The position numbers and the translations under genes are program-made. A stretch of DNA of 64,000 bases from Octopus vulgaris (lineage: Eukaryota): the NCBI GenBank assembly GCA_951406725.2, contig OX597820.1, forward strand, positions 24,242,001-24,306,000. Reading direction: 5' to 3'. The notes below the pieces were generated by a model. The model did not search any database and was not told where the DNA came from. It saw nothing but the letters and a program-made list of their open reading frames with translations. Each line of letters begins with the position of its first letter. Positions within the stretch are counted from its first letter, which is position 1. Positions 40,702 to 54,040 of the stretch are shown in pieces.

Positions 40702-40796
40702 GGCAACATGTGTTTCATGAGGTACATCCTCGGGTTCCTAAACCACTCCGTGTTTCCCTGGAACCCCTCTCAAAATGCCACCCCAATCATCAGGCC
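40702..40796 (-). ncRNA. Type I hammerhead ribozyme with canonical core and extended stem-loop II
   Basis: GGC-CTGATGA-T-TGGGG[..GGGTTCC..GGAACCC..]CCTCA-T-GAAA-CACATG-TT-GCC. Confidence 0.65.
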
Positions 40797-41839
40797 CTTA
40801 TATAACTTTATCAACATTCAATACAATAAACTATATTTTAACCTTTTAAAACCCTTAAGTATGTGTAAAATAGGTATGTTTAAATTATATATATATAAGC
40901 GTATTTGCAGAGCTGTTACACCGCCAGGTAGATTTCTTCCTGCTGTTTTATCTTTGAATTCAAATAATACCAAAGTCAACTTTGCTTTGTCATCCTTCCG
41001 GAGGCGGTAAAGTGCCAGTGAAGTAGCGGGTTCAATCCTCTGTCTCCCTTCATTTTTTTTATTATAACCTTATTCTCCATCCCTGTCGGTTGTTTCATAC
41101 CTGAGGAGGGTCGAGAGAGACTACGTCCAACATCGTTCTCACAGAAATGAAGGAAGAGGTGCTGTCATTGATTTCCCATGTGTATGTATTGTGTTTTGAA
41201 GGTTACTTACGACAGTAAATCAAGCCACGCCAATCTAAATAAATTATCATCAATGGTAATAGATTCAATTACTGGGTAATCAATAACTGTCGTATCTGAT
41301 CAATTTCACATCTCTTGACATTTTGACAAATATCGATTCAATTAGAACTGTAACGATTTCTACTTCAATATATGTCAGCAATTTTCGAGTCGTTGTAATT
41401 CACACAAAGTCAACACAGTCTCTCTGTGTGTCTGTCTCTGTCTCTGTCTCTGTCTGTCTATCCTATCTCTCTCCCCCCTCTCTCTCTTATACACACTTCT
41501 CACACAGACACATATACTCATGCACACACATATACACATATGTTTACACGTTTTGGATTACAAACGAAAAATCTGTACTCTTATGTAATAGAGAGATTTA
41601 TACTTTAAACGTGCTTCTTCATAAACTTTGTGAATAACCGAACGTGTGACTCGGGGTAGCAGCGAAACGAATATTCAGTAAACATTGGTAAAATAATTAC
41701 CAGACTTAAGAAGATAAGTACTGAGATCGATATATCGAATAGACTGGGATACTCTTAAAGGCGATGTCCTAGCATCACCACAACATACTGAATAGAAGAA
41801 GTAAAGATAAAAAAAAATAAGGTGCATATATTCTTTTAA

Positions 41840-42220
41840 TCTTTTATTCTTTTACTTATTTCACCGCCTTTAGTCAAACAAAACGACCCCAGGACTTATT
41901 CTTTGTAAGCCTAGTACTTATTCTATAAATCTCTTTTGCCGAACTGCTAATTTAAGGGGACGTAAACACACCAGCATCGGTTGTCAAGCGATGGTGGGGA
42001 GGGGGACAAACACAGACACACGCACACACACACATACACACACACACACATAGACACACACACATATATATACGACGGGTTTCTTTCAGTTTCCGTCTAC
42101 CAAATCCATTCGAAAAAGCTTTGGTTGGCCCGAGGCCATAGTAGGTGTCATGCATTGGGACTGAATCCGGAACCATGTGGTTGGGAAGCAAACTTCTTAC
42201 CAGTCAGCCACTCCTGTGCC
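41840..42220 (-). mobile_element. SINE family B
   Basis: Family B motifs with internal (CA)n. Confidence 0.85.
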
Positions 42221-42512
42221 TATATTAAGGGACATATTATTTTAAAGAACATTAACAAGAGAAACACTTTCACTTTTTGTGGTTGCACTCAAAACGGAGC
42301 GTCTATGCGTACTGTCTCTATTCTTGCTGTTGAATGTGTTATTATGTTAAATTTTCCTTTTGGAGTTTTATTTTTAATTTTGTGTAATTTTTTTACGTGT
42401 TTATTAGTATGCTGTTTTTTTACTACTTGTTTTCTATTCTTTTTTGCCATAATAGAATAAAGTAAAAAAAAAAAAAAAGAGCGCGATGCGATTGCAATAG
42501 ATGTTTTATTGG

Positions 42513-42555
42513 TTGAACGATATTTCGACAGCTAACCTGTCTTTGTCAAGTTCAA
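42513..42555 (-). ncRNA. Minimal type I hammerhead ribozyme, U3-A8 core variant
   Basis: TTGAAC-TTGACAA-A-GACAG[GTTAG]CTGTC-GAAA-T-ATC-GTTCAA: perfect 6-bp stem I, 5-bp stem II, palindromic AUAU stem III, AUC triplet. Confidence 0.72.
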
Positions 42556-42589
42556 AATGAAAAGTGATACACAGAAATTCATAATTATA

Positions 42590-43155
42590 TTGGGTTGTCC
42601 GGGAAGTTCATGTCGATTTTTAAAGGAAAGAAAAAGGTCAATAAATACTTGCCATTACATTTTTAATCAACCAAATATGAACCATGTTGTTGCACAATGC
42701 GTCTCCATCTTTCCTTTAACTTGAAAATACTCTCTTCCCAGAAGTGAGGTGGTTTCATGGCAAAGAATTCATCAAGGTATCTTTTTACGTCATCCAAGGA
42801 ATTGAAATTTTTACCATTAAGACTATTCTGCAGAGACCTGAATAAGTGGAAATCCGAAGGAGCAATATCTGGTGAATATTGAGGGTGGGGTAACACATCC
42901 CAGCCGAGCTGCAGCAATTTTTGTCTGGTTCCCAATGCATTAAGTGCTGAAAAGGAACTTTCTTATCTTCCATTTTAAAGGGTTACAAAATTAAAACCAG
43001 TTATAGGAACATAAACCTTCTTCCACGAAAAGATAACTTAAACTGTGCTCTAAATGGAGGTGTAGTCAAATCCTATTTTATGAACTCAACCATGTTCTAA
43101 AATAAGTCGAAATGTAAGCTACTATAAATCGGCACGAACTTTCCGGACAACCCAA
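42590..43155 (-). mobile_element. Internally deleted mariner transposon (transposase C-terminus 42663-42935)
   Basis: About 30-bp TIRs TTGGGTTGTCCGG.AAGTTC.TG.CGATTT with TA TSDs; HPQYSPDIAPSDFHLF motif. Confidence 0.95.
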
Positions 43156-43811
43156 TAGAAATTCAAATCCAAAATTTGAACGAGGCAACCAGCGTTTCCC
43201 CACATTGATGGAATGACATCATCAGTCTTCAATTTCCAAGTTTACAACTGGCAAAAAGAAAAAGAAAGAAACAAACGAAAAACAGAAAAGAAGAAAGAAA
43301 AGGAAAAAGAATATTTAATCAAACAGCTTTGTGCAAATATGATGAAATTCCACTGTCATTTTATTCATCCTCTAGGGCGTAATGTTAATTACTCATAAAC
43401 ATATATCTGTGGTATTTTGAGCAGTGAAAGTGTAGCAGATTCAGAATATTGTCTGAAAATATGCACTTTCAAGTCTTTTCAAAATTGCAGCCGTTTGATG
43501 TAAAACGTTCGACAAATCCTGTCGAATTACTGTTATTGTGACTGACGTCATATCTGCGTCTATTGAATTTTTTGTTTAATTGTTCTGTTATACAAGCAAC
43601 ATAAATTGTATGACTTCATTAAACAAAAGATTCCTTTTACTCTCTGCCTTTATTTCTCTTTTTCTCTATCACATGACTTTGTAAATGATCAACCTGGTGT
43701 GTTTAATTTTAATGACCTACCAATGTATACAGTGCGTTTCTCTGCCCTAAGTGTAAGAAAGCAACTCGGCAAGAGATGGAAAGAAGATAATAATGAAAAT
43801 TATAATAATAA

Positions 43812-44324
43812 TACAGTACCAGGCAGTGGCACTCATGGCTTCTGATCTTAACTGATTGGAAGTGTTATCACGTAAATTATTTTGTCTTGGTATAAAAGAT
43901 GGGCTACAGCAAATATTCTGCTCAATAACACATATTTGCTTGTCAGTTGTTTGACCATAACCAGTTGAGCATGCCCTTTGGTGGCATGCGGTATGTACAT
44001 CTCTGATTACGAGCAGAAGTAGTGAGGGAGCAAAGCTAGCGGTGTTGAGTGGAATTCTTTGGGGGTTTGAATAATTCACCTTTGGAAACATGGGTGTTTC
44101 GTTCAACATCCTCAAACAACCCCTATTCAAGGACCCTTTGAGCGGAATGTGCTACTCGACCTGAAGAAAATTCTATCTAGGCTCCACCTGTTTATGTCGC
44201 GCACATATGTTTGTGATGCACGTATCTGGAGTACCCTTATCAGATGGGTAGTTATGATAAGTATACTGGGCTTCGTATATTTTACTCCAGTGTCACTTTG
44301 ATGGTATGCACTGCTCTCTAAGTC

Positions 44325-44325
<1 letters not shown>
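43812..44325 (+). mobile_element. About 520-550-bp repeat inserted in (TAA)n (copy 1); probable non-autonomous or 3' UTR of a TAA-targeting retroelement
   Basis: Similar to 44706-45263; both are bounded by (TAA)n. A short end fragment lies inverted at about 46115-46141. Confidence 0.75.
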
Positions 44326-44418
<93 letters not shown>

Positions 44419-44454
44419 GTAATAATAATAATGATGATGATGATGATGATGATA

Positions 44455-44630
44455 GGAATCAATAAGGGCAGCAATAAGGATGGAGCACTTTCAGAAAGCA
44501 GCATTGCTTGGAACCGCTCGAATACTCCGGATGGTGCTCGAAAAGTAAAGTGTTACTTTAGTTCACTGGTAGTGAACAGCTGACACTGTAATACATCTCC
44601 AGCGCTAGAAGCTGTACAAAGGAAAGAAAA
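44455..44630 (+). mobile_element. R4/Dong-like RLE LINE extreme 3' fragment
   Basis: EHFQKAALLGTARILRMVLEK* followed by a short UTR, within (TAA/TGA)n. Confidence 0.75.
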
Positions 44631-44662
44631 TAACGATAATAATGATAATGATGATGATAATA

Positions 44663-44705
<43 letters not shown>

Positions 44706-44707
<2 letters not shown>

Positions 44708-45261
44708 GCCCTGATGCAGTACCAGGCAGAGGCCCTCATGGCTTCTGATCTTAACTGATTAGAAGTGTTATCATGTACATTGTTTTGTCTTGGTATAAAA
44801 GATGGGCTACAGCAAATATTCTGCTCAATAGCACAGATTTGCTTGTCAGTTGTGTGACCTTAACCAGTTGAGCATGTCCCTTAGTGGCTGACGATATGTG
44901 CATCTCTGATCACGAGCAGAAGCAGTGGGGGAGCATCATAGCCATGTGTTGAGAGGAATTCTTTGGGGTTTGAATAATTCACCTCTGGAAACATGGCTGT
45001 TTCGTTTAACATCCTTAAACAATCCTTATTCAGGGACCTTTTGAGCAGGATGGGCTACTCGACCTGAAGAAAATTCTAACTGGGCCCCACCTGCAAGGTC
45101 ATGTGCTGTTTGTCTTGATATGAGATCACCATGTTGCGCACATATGTTTGTGATGCATGTGCCTGGTGTACCCTTATCAGACGGGTGGTCAAGATGGGTA
45201 TACTGGGCTTCGTATATTTTACCCCAGTGTCACTTTGATGGCATGCAATGCTCTCTCACTC

Positions 45262-45263
<2 letters not shown>
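44706..45263 (+). mobile_element. Same TAA-embedded repeat (copy 2)
   Basis: See 43812-44325. Confidence 0.75.
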
Positions 45264-45301
<38 letters not shown>

Positions 45302-45360
45302 GATGATGATAATAATTCCAGTTCACGTTATTCGAATTGAAACTCGTTTGCTTATAAATA

Positions 45361-45388
45361 TTTCTGTTTTCTTTCTTTTTAGGTGAGT
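45361..45388 (+). other. Candidate recursive splice site (Yn-AG|GTGAGT)
   Basis: TTTCTGTTTTCTTTCTTTTTAG directly followed by GTGAGT. Confidence 0.3.
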
Positions 45389-46139
45389 ATAGAAGCTTTG
45401 AATCAATTTCACTGGAGTTATTCTTTATATTATCTTCATGGACAGAAGTGTGAGTAAAAAAAGTTATCTCTCATAATTGTCATTGTGTGTGTGTGTGTGT
45501 TTGTGTTATGTGTAAATGTAGTTTCGACATTCATTGTTCCTAACAACATATGAGGGAAGATAAGCAAAAGCTAGTCGATAAAATCTTTTGCATTTGAGGC
45601 ATAGTTGCAAAACACTCCAGCATATACCCACTCACAAATTCATGCATTCACATGCACGCGCACAAGCAAGCACAAGCACAAACCCGTGTATATGGCTGTA
45701 TACATGTCTTTTGGTCTTTAGGCAGGATATTTGTCGTACTGTCATTTATATTATTATATTATATTTTATTTTGCAAGATAATTGATGTGAAAAAAATATG
45801 TGTTGAAACAGACGTTGCATCTTTGGCGGGTCATTTTGCCAACAAGAAACACAAGCACTGATTATATTCCACTTCCTTTTATTATTATTATTATTATTAT
45901 TATTTTTCTTCTTCTTTCAAATTTGCTTCTATTTCTTGCCGGGTGTCTTCCCGACTCCTAGGGCAAAGAAACTCATAGTATACATTTATTATTATCATTA
46001 TTATTATTATTATCATTATTATTATTATTATTATTATTATCATTATTATCATTATTATCATTATTATCATTATTATTATTGTCATTATCATTATTATCAT
46101 TATTATCATTATTATTGAGTGAGAGAGCAGTTCATGCCA

Positions 46140-46210
<71 letters not shown>

Positions 46211-46279
46211 GTTATTATTATTATTATTATGAAAGCCTCTCGAATAGTTCTTAATTACCAGTTATTCTTTACTTGAAAG

Positions 46280-47010
46280 CAAGCAATAACAAATCACCAA
46301 AATGTTTCAAGTAGTGCCTTCTCCTGTGACTCAAAGAGACAATACTCTCTTTAGAATGCTAGCTGTACCTAACAATGCTGCCTTCTGGACCACATCGAGC
46401 TTGACAGCAGCTCCAATATTCTTACAATTCTTTAACCGCTCCTAATGCTCCAATTACCACCGGTATCACCATTATTTTCCTCATGCTCCATAACTTTTCT
46501 ATCTCGTCCCGCAGTGGCTGGTGTTTCTCAATCTTTTCTATTCCCTTACATTTCACCCTCGAATCACCAGGGATTGTAACATCTATTATCTTTACTTCTT
46601 TATCATCTTTATGGATGAGCACAACATCTAGTCGGCTCGCCTCTATGACTTAGTCACAGTGCATGTTAAAATCCCAAAGTATGGTTGCCTCCTCATTTTT
46701 TGTGACCTCTTCTGGAGTGTGCCTATACCATCTTTTTTCTGTTGCTATTCCAGAGTGTTGGCATAGCTTCCTGTGTATATAGGTCCCACGTCTATTGTGT
46801 CTGTGAATATATTTCTTCTTAACCAGGACTGGGCAGCCAGAGGCAATATGATTTATTGTTTCTTCTTTTCATTTTGTGTTTTTGGTGATTTCTGGTGGGA
46901 AGGCTTTGATCTTGGGCTGCAAATAAAAATCCTCCAGTCTCTTCTTTGGGTCTTGATATTCTCAGCCATTGCTGGGGTTTTCTTTGTCTCTTTCTTAATA
47001 CTTTATTATT
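46280..47010 (-). mobile_element. R4/Dong-like RLE LINE fragment
   Basis: ETGGFLFAAQDQSLPTRN, IIDVTIPGD..EKIEK..LW..IPVVIGALG and QKAALLGTASIL motifs. Confidence 0.85.
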
Positions 47011-47741
47011 ATGACTCTTCTTCTTCTTCTTCTTCTTCTTCTTCTTCTTCTTCTTCTTCTTCTTCTTCTTCTTCTTCTTCTTCTTCTTCTTCTTCTTCTT
47101 CTTCAATTAGCTAATAAATTAACGGATTAACTCATCGATTGCATGATTAATCTTTCGATAAATCGATCAGTCAGTGAATTAGAGTTTGTCAGGGTCCTTT
47201 CGTCCCTACTTGTGATCTTCTCAATGACATGCTCTCGTCATGTCAAGCTTTTGTTTCACTAACAAAAAGCTTTTCAATCTGTAACATTGTTGAGATCAAG
47301 AATAGTCGCAAGAAAGCTCTGACAAAGCAACTGGTTGATGGAAATAATCGAACGATTAATCAAAAATTCGCTAAGTTAGTCCAATAATTGATTAACTGCT
47401 TAACTATTAATAACGGTTTCACATTTTGGCACAAAGACAGCAATTTTTGGTGTTCGGGCCAGTCAATTACACCAACCGGTGTTCAGCTGGTACTTATTTT
47501 ATAGACTCCGAAAGGATGAAAGGAAAAATCGACCTCGTACGAAATGTCGCTAAGCAGTTTATCCGGCGTTAGCTTGCCGCTGTATAGTCGACTATACTAT
47601 TAATAATAGAAAGAAGTGAATAGAAATAGAACCAGTGCGCGTGTTTCGTCTTGGAAAAAATGATCCCACTCTGTTACAATAATCTCTGTTTCACTACAAA
47701 TCTGAACATCAAAAGAATCAGCTTGCAAATCGAATATAAAA

Positions 47742-47806
<65 letters not shown>

Positions 47807-47895
47807 TGAGAGATTCAGTTGAATATGGTACTTAAGTTAAAGGCACCAGAATTTAGTATGGCATTATCCATGCAATTCAAAATGGGGTGATTACA

Positions 47896-48022
47896 ATCAA
47901 AATAAGCAACAAGGATATCCAGATGTAAATTGATGTAATATTTGCACATTCTTCAATTAAATGGAGTCGCACGAAACGATCGTACTACATTACCTCTGGA
48001 TATCCTTGTTACTTATTTTGAT
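47896..48022. mobile_element. PLE-type inverted terminus with 3' half of a hammerhead
   Basis: About 33-bp arms ATCAAAATAAG.AACAAGGATATCCAGA / TCTGGATATCCTTGTT.CTTATTTTGAT; GAAACGATCGTA at 47973-47984. Confidence 0.6.
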
Positions 48023-48026
48023 ATAT

Positions 48027-48096
<70 letters not shown>

Positions 48097-48660
48097 ATAT
48101 GTGTGTGTATATGTATACATATTATAGTTGGTTTCATAAAAATATTTTATAAACTATCGAGAGAACGTGAAATAAATCTTTTTAGAATAGTATATCTCCA
48201 AGTACACACATGAAGCTGTAAATATCAGCATGCAAATATTTGGTTGAAAAATGCTTTTAGATAGAAAATGCTGAAGGCAGCATTTTGATGCAAAATATCG
48301 AAAGGCAGCCATCGACCTTTTCCATCCAAAAGAACACGCTAGTGTAAAACGTATTCAATGAAAACTAGCGTAAAAATATGTTAGCCTAAATTATGCGGTG
48401 AGGAAAAATATCAATGAAAATCAAAAATATTGGTTTCAAATTATGGCATAAGCCCAACAAACTCAGAGGAATTAGTAAGCAGATTACATAGATCCCAATG
48501 CTCAACTGGTACTTGTTTTATCGATCCTAAAGGACGAATGGCAAAGTCAACCTCACTGGAATTTGAACTCAGGTGAACACGGAGGAAATGCCGCTAAGCA
48601 TTGAAGGTTTCCATGAAAGTCTAGAAATACTTTTTACGTCATTAGATTATTTCTTTTCAA

Positions 48661-48961
48661 ACGAACATTGGAGACAACTCAAGGAAGGTAAAAGCTCATC
48701 GATTCTGTACCAACACGCCGAACAGGAACACGGGGGATCAATCAATAACATAGAAATTAAAATATTGTCCACACATAGAACAGATGCAACAATTAGACAA
48801 ATTACAGAAGCTACACACATAATAGAAAATAAACCTAGCCTGAATAGAAAACTAGAATGGAGCACTAACACACACCACAACATATGACGATAGAGGATCC
48901 TGAAAACATAATAAACACACAGATAAATAAACTAATAGAAATAAATAAATATGTATATGTG

Positions 48962-49058
<97 letters not shown>

Positions 49059-49500
49059 TTTTATTAAAAATTTTTTTTTTTTAAATATTTTTTTTTCGAT
49101 TCGATTTATTATTATTATTACTAGTATTGTTGTTATACATACATACATACATACAAGCATATGTAATGATAATAATAAGTGGATGTAAACACATGAACAA
49201 AATAAGAATAAACAAACACAACAAAAACAAAATACAAATTACATGAACATATATAAACAGCAGATACAAATATTACAGGCATCCCCCCCAAATACATACA
49301 CTAAATAAACATAGACGCACATAGAGATATAAGCATGCGCAAATGAAGACATACAATAGAAATACAAAATGGCTGACGGTTAGTAAGGAGAGACACAAAT
49401 AAGAAAGAAGAAAACAAAGGACCATTGATGCGGTCACAGGAGTGTGACGAAAGAACTCTGGCCGAAATAAGATTAAGATTAATGTAAAAAATAAATAACA
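48661..49500 (+). mobile_element. Penelope-like element 3' fragment: GIY-YIG C-terminus (to 48887) plus UTR and hammerhead-like motif (49420-49463)
   Basis: EHWRQLKEGKSSSILYQHAEQEHGG..IKIL..RQITEATHI..KPSLNRKLEW; CCA-TTGATGC-G-GTCACA[GGAG]TGTGAC-GAAAGAACTC-TGG. Confidence 0.8.
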
Positions 49501-49577
49501 CTGAAGCAAAATAACACCAAATATATAGTGCGTGTGTTTTTATTGGCTAAACTGGCAATATGACCATTCCGAAATAT

Positions 49578-49643
<66 letters not shown>

Positions 49644-51126
49644 TATACGTGTACTTTATGATTCTCCTGTCACATCTTTGGCAATTAAAAGGAAGGTTAT
49701 GCTTCACTGATGAAGTCGATATATGTACAGTGCTTTCTCCTGTGATTCCTGAAAACGTATAAAGGAATAGTATTAATTGATATTGTGTTATTTCCTCACC
49801 GCGTAATTATTTTAAGTTCTATTCTAAATACTTACTGTATTAAATATATCAGCACAAATATAGCCATTCTAAAACTAGAAGCTAATGGGCAATGATTATT
49901 CAGAAAATACTCCAAAAATAATGTCTAGAGAAATCCTATAAAGACTAAAAACCATGATTTCCAATATACTTTTATTTCTCAGGAAAAAGAAAAAAGAAAA
50001 AAATCCTATCAAAATAGGAATTTAGATTTTTATATATATTTTTTATCCGTTCTTATTTTCGTTTACTCAATTCCCTTTTGCTCTTCATTTCTTTCCTCTC
50101 TTTACTGCGTTTTTCTATTACTGGTTTTCTTACCCTTTTCACGTATCTTTATTATTAAATTTGTTTCAATTTTCGTATCCCAAATTCCATCAAATCTTTA
50201 AATATTACTTTTTCCTTTAAGGCCAAACTGGAATTATAAGTAAGCCACTTGACAGTCATGTCTTAAGGCAGGATATTTAACGTGCTGTCATTTTTATTCG
50301 AGAGTAATTTTTCATATAGTTTAGGAAGATGAATTCTACAGTAAGGAGCTTTTATTTCGATTTAAAAATCTCATCATTGCACAATCAAATTTAGAGAAAA
50401 TGTTTCAGACACCATCCGCATGAAAAACAGCATGTAATAGTGTTAACATATTCAATGCAAGGGAGCATTTAAAATATCTAACTATAAATAATTATGAGAT
50501 GAGGAAAAGCGTTTATAATCAATGTATAAAATCTTGTATATATATGTATATATATTTATTTATTGGGACACTCCCATAACTTTTGCTGCAAGCAAAATGA
50601 AGGTTATCTTTCATTGATGAGATCATAATGTGACCGATATATGTCTAGAGTCGTCTACCGTACTTGCTGGAGGAATATATAAGGAATATTAGTTTCAAAT
50701 TCTGTCACAAGGCCAGAAATTCAAGAACTGGGGCGAAATCGGTTACATCGACTCCAGTGATGAACTGATACTTATTTTATGGACCCCGAAAGGATGAAAG
50801 GCAAAGTAGACCTCGCGGCATTTGAACTCAGAATCTAAGCTCACAAGAAATATCGCTAAGCATTTTTCCCGACACAGTAACGATACTGCCAGCGCGCCGC
50901 CTTGGATATAAAGAATATTGATAAGTGATTATCATTTCCTGCGTACATATTTATGTTTTGCTAGATTTTTAATGCCTTTGGAATTAAACATAACTGTATT
51001 AAAACTAACGCTCAATGAACCTTCTTTATATTTGTTTCATTTACCTGTCCCAAAGGATTAGTTGATATGACCTTATGGATAGATACACTTAGTGAACTGC
51101 AAACTGGTTTTAAACAAAAAGTTATT

Positions 51127-51592
<466 letters not shown>

Positions 51593-51859
51593 ATCCTTAA
51601 ATGAGACTCTTTTCTTTGAACTTTGGCCTCTCTTATATCTCTGACATTAGGCAACATTAAATCTAACCAAATCACCAATTACTTGTGAAAGGGTCACATT
51701 CTAGAACATAAATTATTGTTCTGTAGAACACCTGTTCATACTTCCCTAAAAATATGCAACATATATATTGGTAATGAGAGCAGCAGCATCGGTATTGTAA
51801 TGGAATATCTGAGTAGTCACATGAAAAACAAGGCATAAATCTACAGCAACATAGTTTAA

Positions 51860-53070
51860 AGAAAGAACACCGAACAAGAGCACAGAGTCAATGTAATAAC
51901 GATATAATGGAAGGAAAGAAGGAGGTTTTAAGATTTCGGACAGATATCATTTGTCAAGAAAAGAAGTTGCGGAAGAATAAAGAAGAAAATGAACAGAATG
52001 TGAAGCGAAATAATGATGTCGATGTCGATGTCAGTGAGACGACAGGTGAATTGGTAGAACAGTAATAGGCAAAATGTTATTTTGTAAGAAGCACGAGAAC
52101 TTAAAGAGATATGCGAGATAAACGTGGGAAGATTTGACCGAATCTGTGCGTGTGCGTGTGTGTGCGTGTGATGAAGTAGATGTCGAGTGTATGGGTCGGT
52201 GTGAATGCGTGTGTATGTTTGCTGGAAAATAGTTGTGTGAATATGTGGATGTGGTATCCTGATATGTGGACGGACCCGGTAACATTAATTGATTCACTGG
52301 CCTCGACTGACGTTTATCCCACCAGGTGCCTGACTAAGAGATTTCAATTCAATTCTCTGACCCTTTAGTAGGTTGTGCTACTGCGCCATGCTCCTTTTCG
52401 ATCTCCCCAAACGATTAATACTCCCAAATCGTTTTCAGGTTGAATTTACTGCCCTCCCGTAGAATCGCCATGAACAAGGCATTATCGTTTAATCAACCAA
52501 CAAAAGTGGCAGTGTTGTACTCTGGTACTATGACTTAGTAATATTGAAGCGCTTTGTCGACTTCTCAATCCTCTATTGTATCATAAATTATCCTCTGATT
52601 ATTTCCTCCGAAATCAACACACGCCAATTCATCTTCCCACCTCTCCTACTACCATTCGACCAACTTCGTTCTTCGTATACCGCATACTGTTTTATCTGCT
52701 TGGTCCTCAACAATCCATTAGGCCAATATACCCAGTCTCCTCATTAATTCCGCCTGCACTGTCCCACCGAACTCATTACAACACACAATACATGTTCACA
52801 TATACATGTTCACAGTAAACCTTTCCAAGCTTATCTCGTTTATCTCACTTAGCTTATGCTCGACCTGCTGAAAACAACCGTTGTTCCATACTTAGATTCT
52901 GCTGTTCAACATATTCCTTACTAACAATATTGTTTTCCATTTCTTCTTTGTATTCTTTTCTTGACAAATTACAGCCGTCCGAAACGTTGAATTATTCACA
53001 TTTCCTTTCATAACAGCATAATTATATTGCCTTTGTATACTTGTTCATTGTTATGCCTTTACTTTGTTTT
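51860..53070. mobile_element. Old PLE remnant: diverged about 130-bp inverted termini, each with a U3-A8 hammerhead relic
   Basis: 51860-51990 is similar to the reverse complement of 52935-53065; both contain TTTTC-TTGACAA-A..GTCC-GAAA. Confidence 0.55.
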
Positions 53071-53084
53071 TCTCAAGATAAATA

Positions 53085-53291
53085 TATAGAAAGATATGTT
53101 TCTTTATTAGCCACACAGGACTGGACACAGACGGGACAAATTACAAAGTAGAGCTTTTCTTTTTGGGGAGAGAAGAAAATGGAGTGGGGTAGGTTTTCGA
53201 TCAAAAGGGATCGTAGAAAAGAAAAAAAAAAGACGAAAGAAAAAAAGAAAAGAAAAAACGACCAATAGGGATCGTGTATCACAGAAATGTC
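53085..53291 (-). mobile_element. Tx1-like LINE 3' UTR fragment beside (GATA)n
   Basis: Homologous to about 8460-8630. Confidence 0.7.
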
Positions 53292-53353
<62 letters not shown>

Positions 53354-54040
53354 TGACCAAACGAACGTCTTACTCTTCTCCAAACAGAAGTATTTGCTTC
53401 CAGCATTATTTTCTGGTATTCAAACTGAAAAGTAATCCTATGCTCTTAGCTGTCTCTCTTTTCCATCTACCTGTCCACTTGGTTCTTTGTAATGCTACTT
53501 AATGTCAGTGACTTGAGGTAACACACCATTGATAGCGTTCTCTTGTTTTCTAATTTCTACTAATTTACACATTGAAACATTGCGTCTGAAGTTTATCTGT
53601 CAATGCGTCTGTACTGAAGTATTAGGCTTTCTTACTTCTGTACAAGGTTAATGTTTCGTAATGTAAGTTAGCCGGTGGTGTGGGAGATAAAGCGGTCTAT
53701 TGACTGTTTCTTATTTTATTTATGAACCTTTGAGTGGTGAAGGGCAAAGATTAATTTCGGTAGGTTGAAATGATAGAATTGAAGGAGCCGCAGAGTAACA
53801 TGTATTACGAAATTGTTTTATATTTCTTTTTTCTCTTTTTCCATTCGTCGTTGGAGTTCATATGGATTCTGATATAAGTTTTGGCTTCTATAATTTCCAC
53901 TGAAATAACTCCACGTTTTATAATGAAGCTAATATAACCGAAGTTAATGGCCACACACAACAAAATTTTTTCTGTTACTTTAAAAAAAACAGTAGGATGT
54001 CGACAAGCGAACCACTCACCCAACTAGAAGTAACTGCAAA

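Noticed and set aside
41101-41150. CTGAGGA..GAAA hammerhead-like spacing
   Set aside because: Stems I and III and the cleavage triplet could not be formed.
42663-42935. SETMAR-like host gene
   Set aside because: Only a transposase C-terminus between TIRs with TA TSDs; it is a deleted mariner.
43543-43550. CRE palindrome TGACGTCA
   Set aside because: A single 8-mer is expected by chance in 64 kb.
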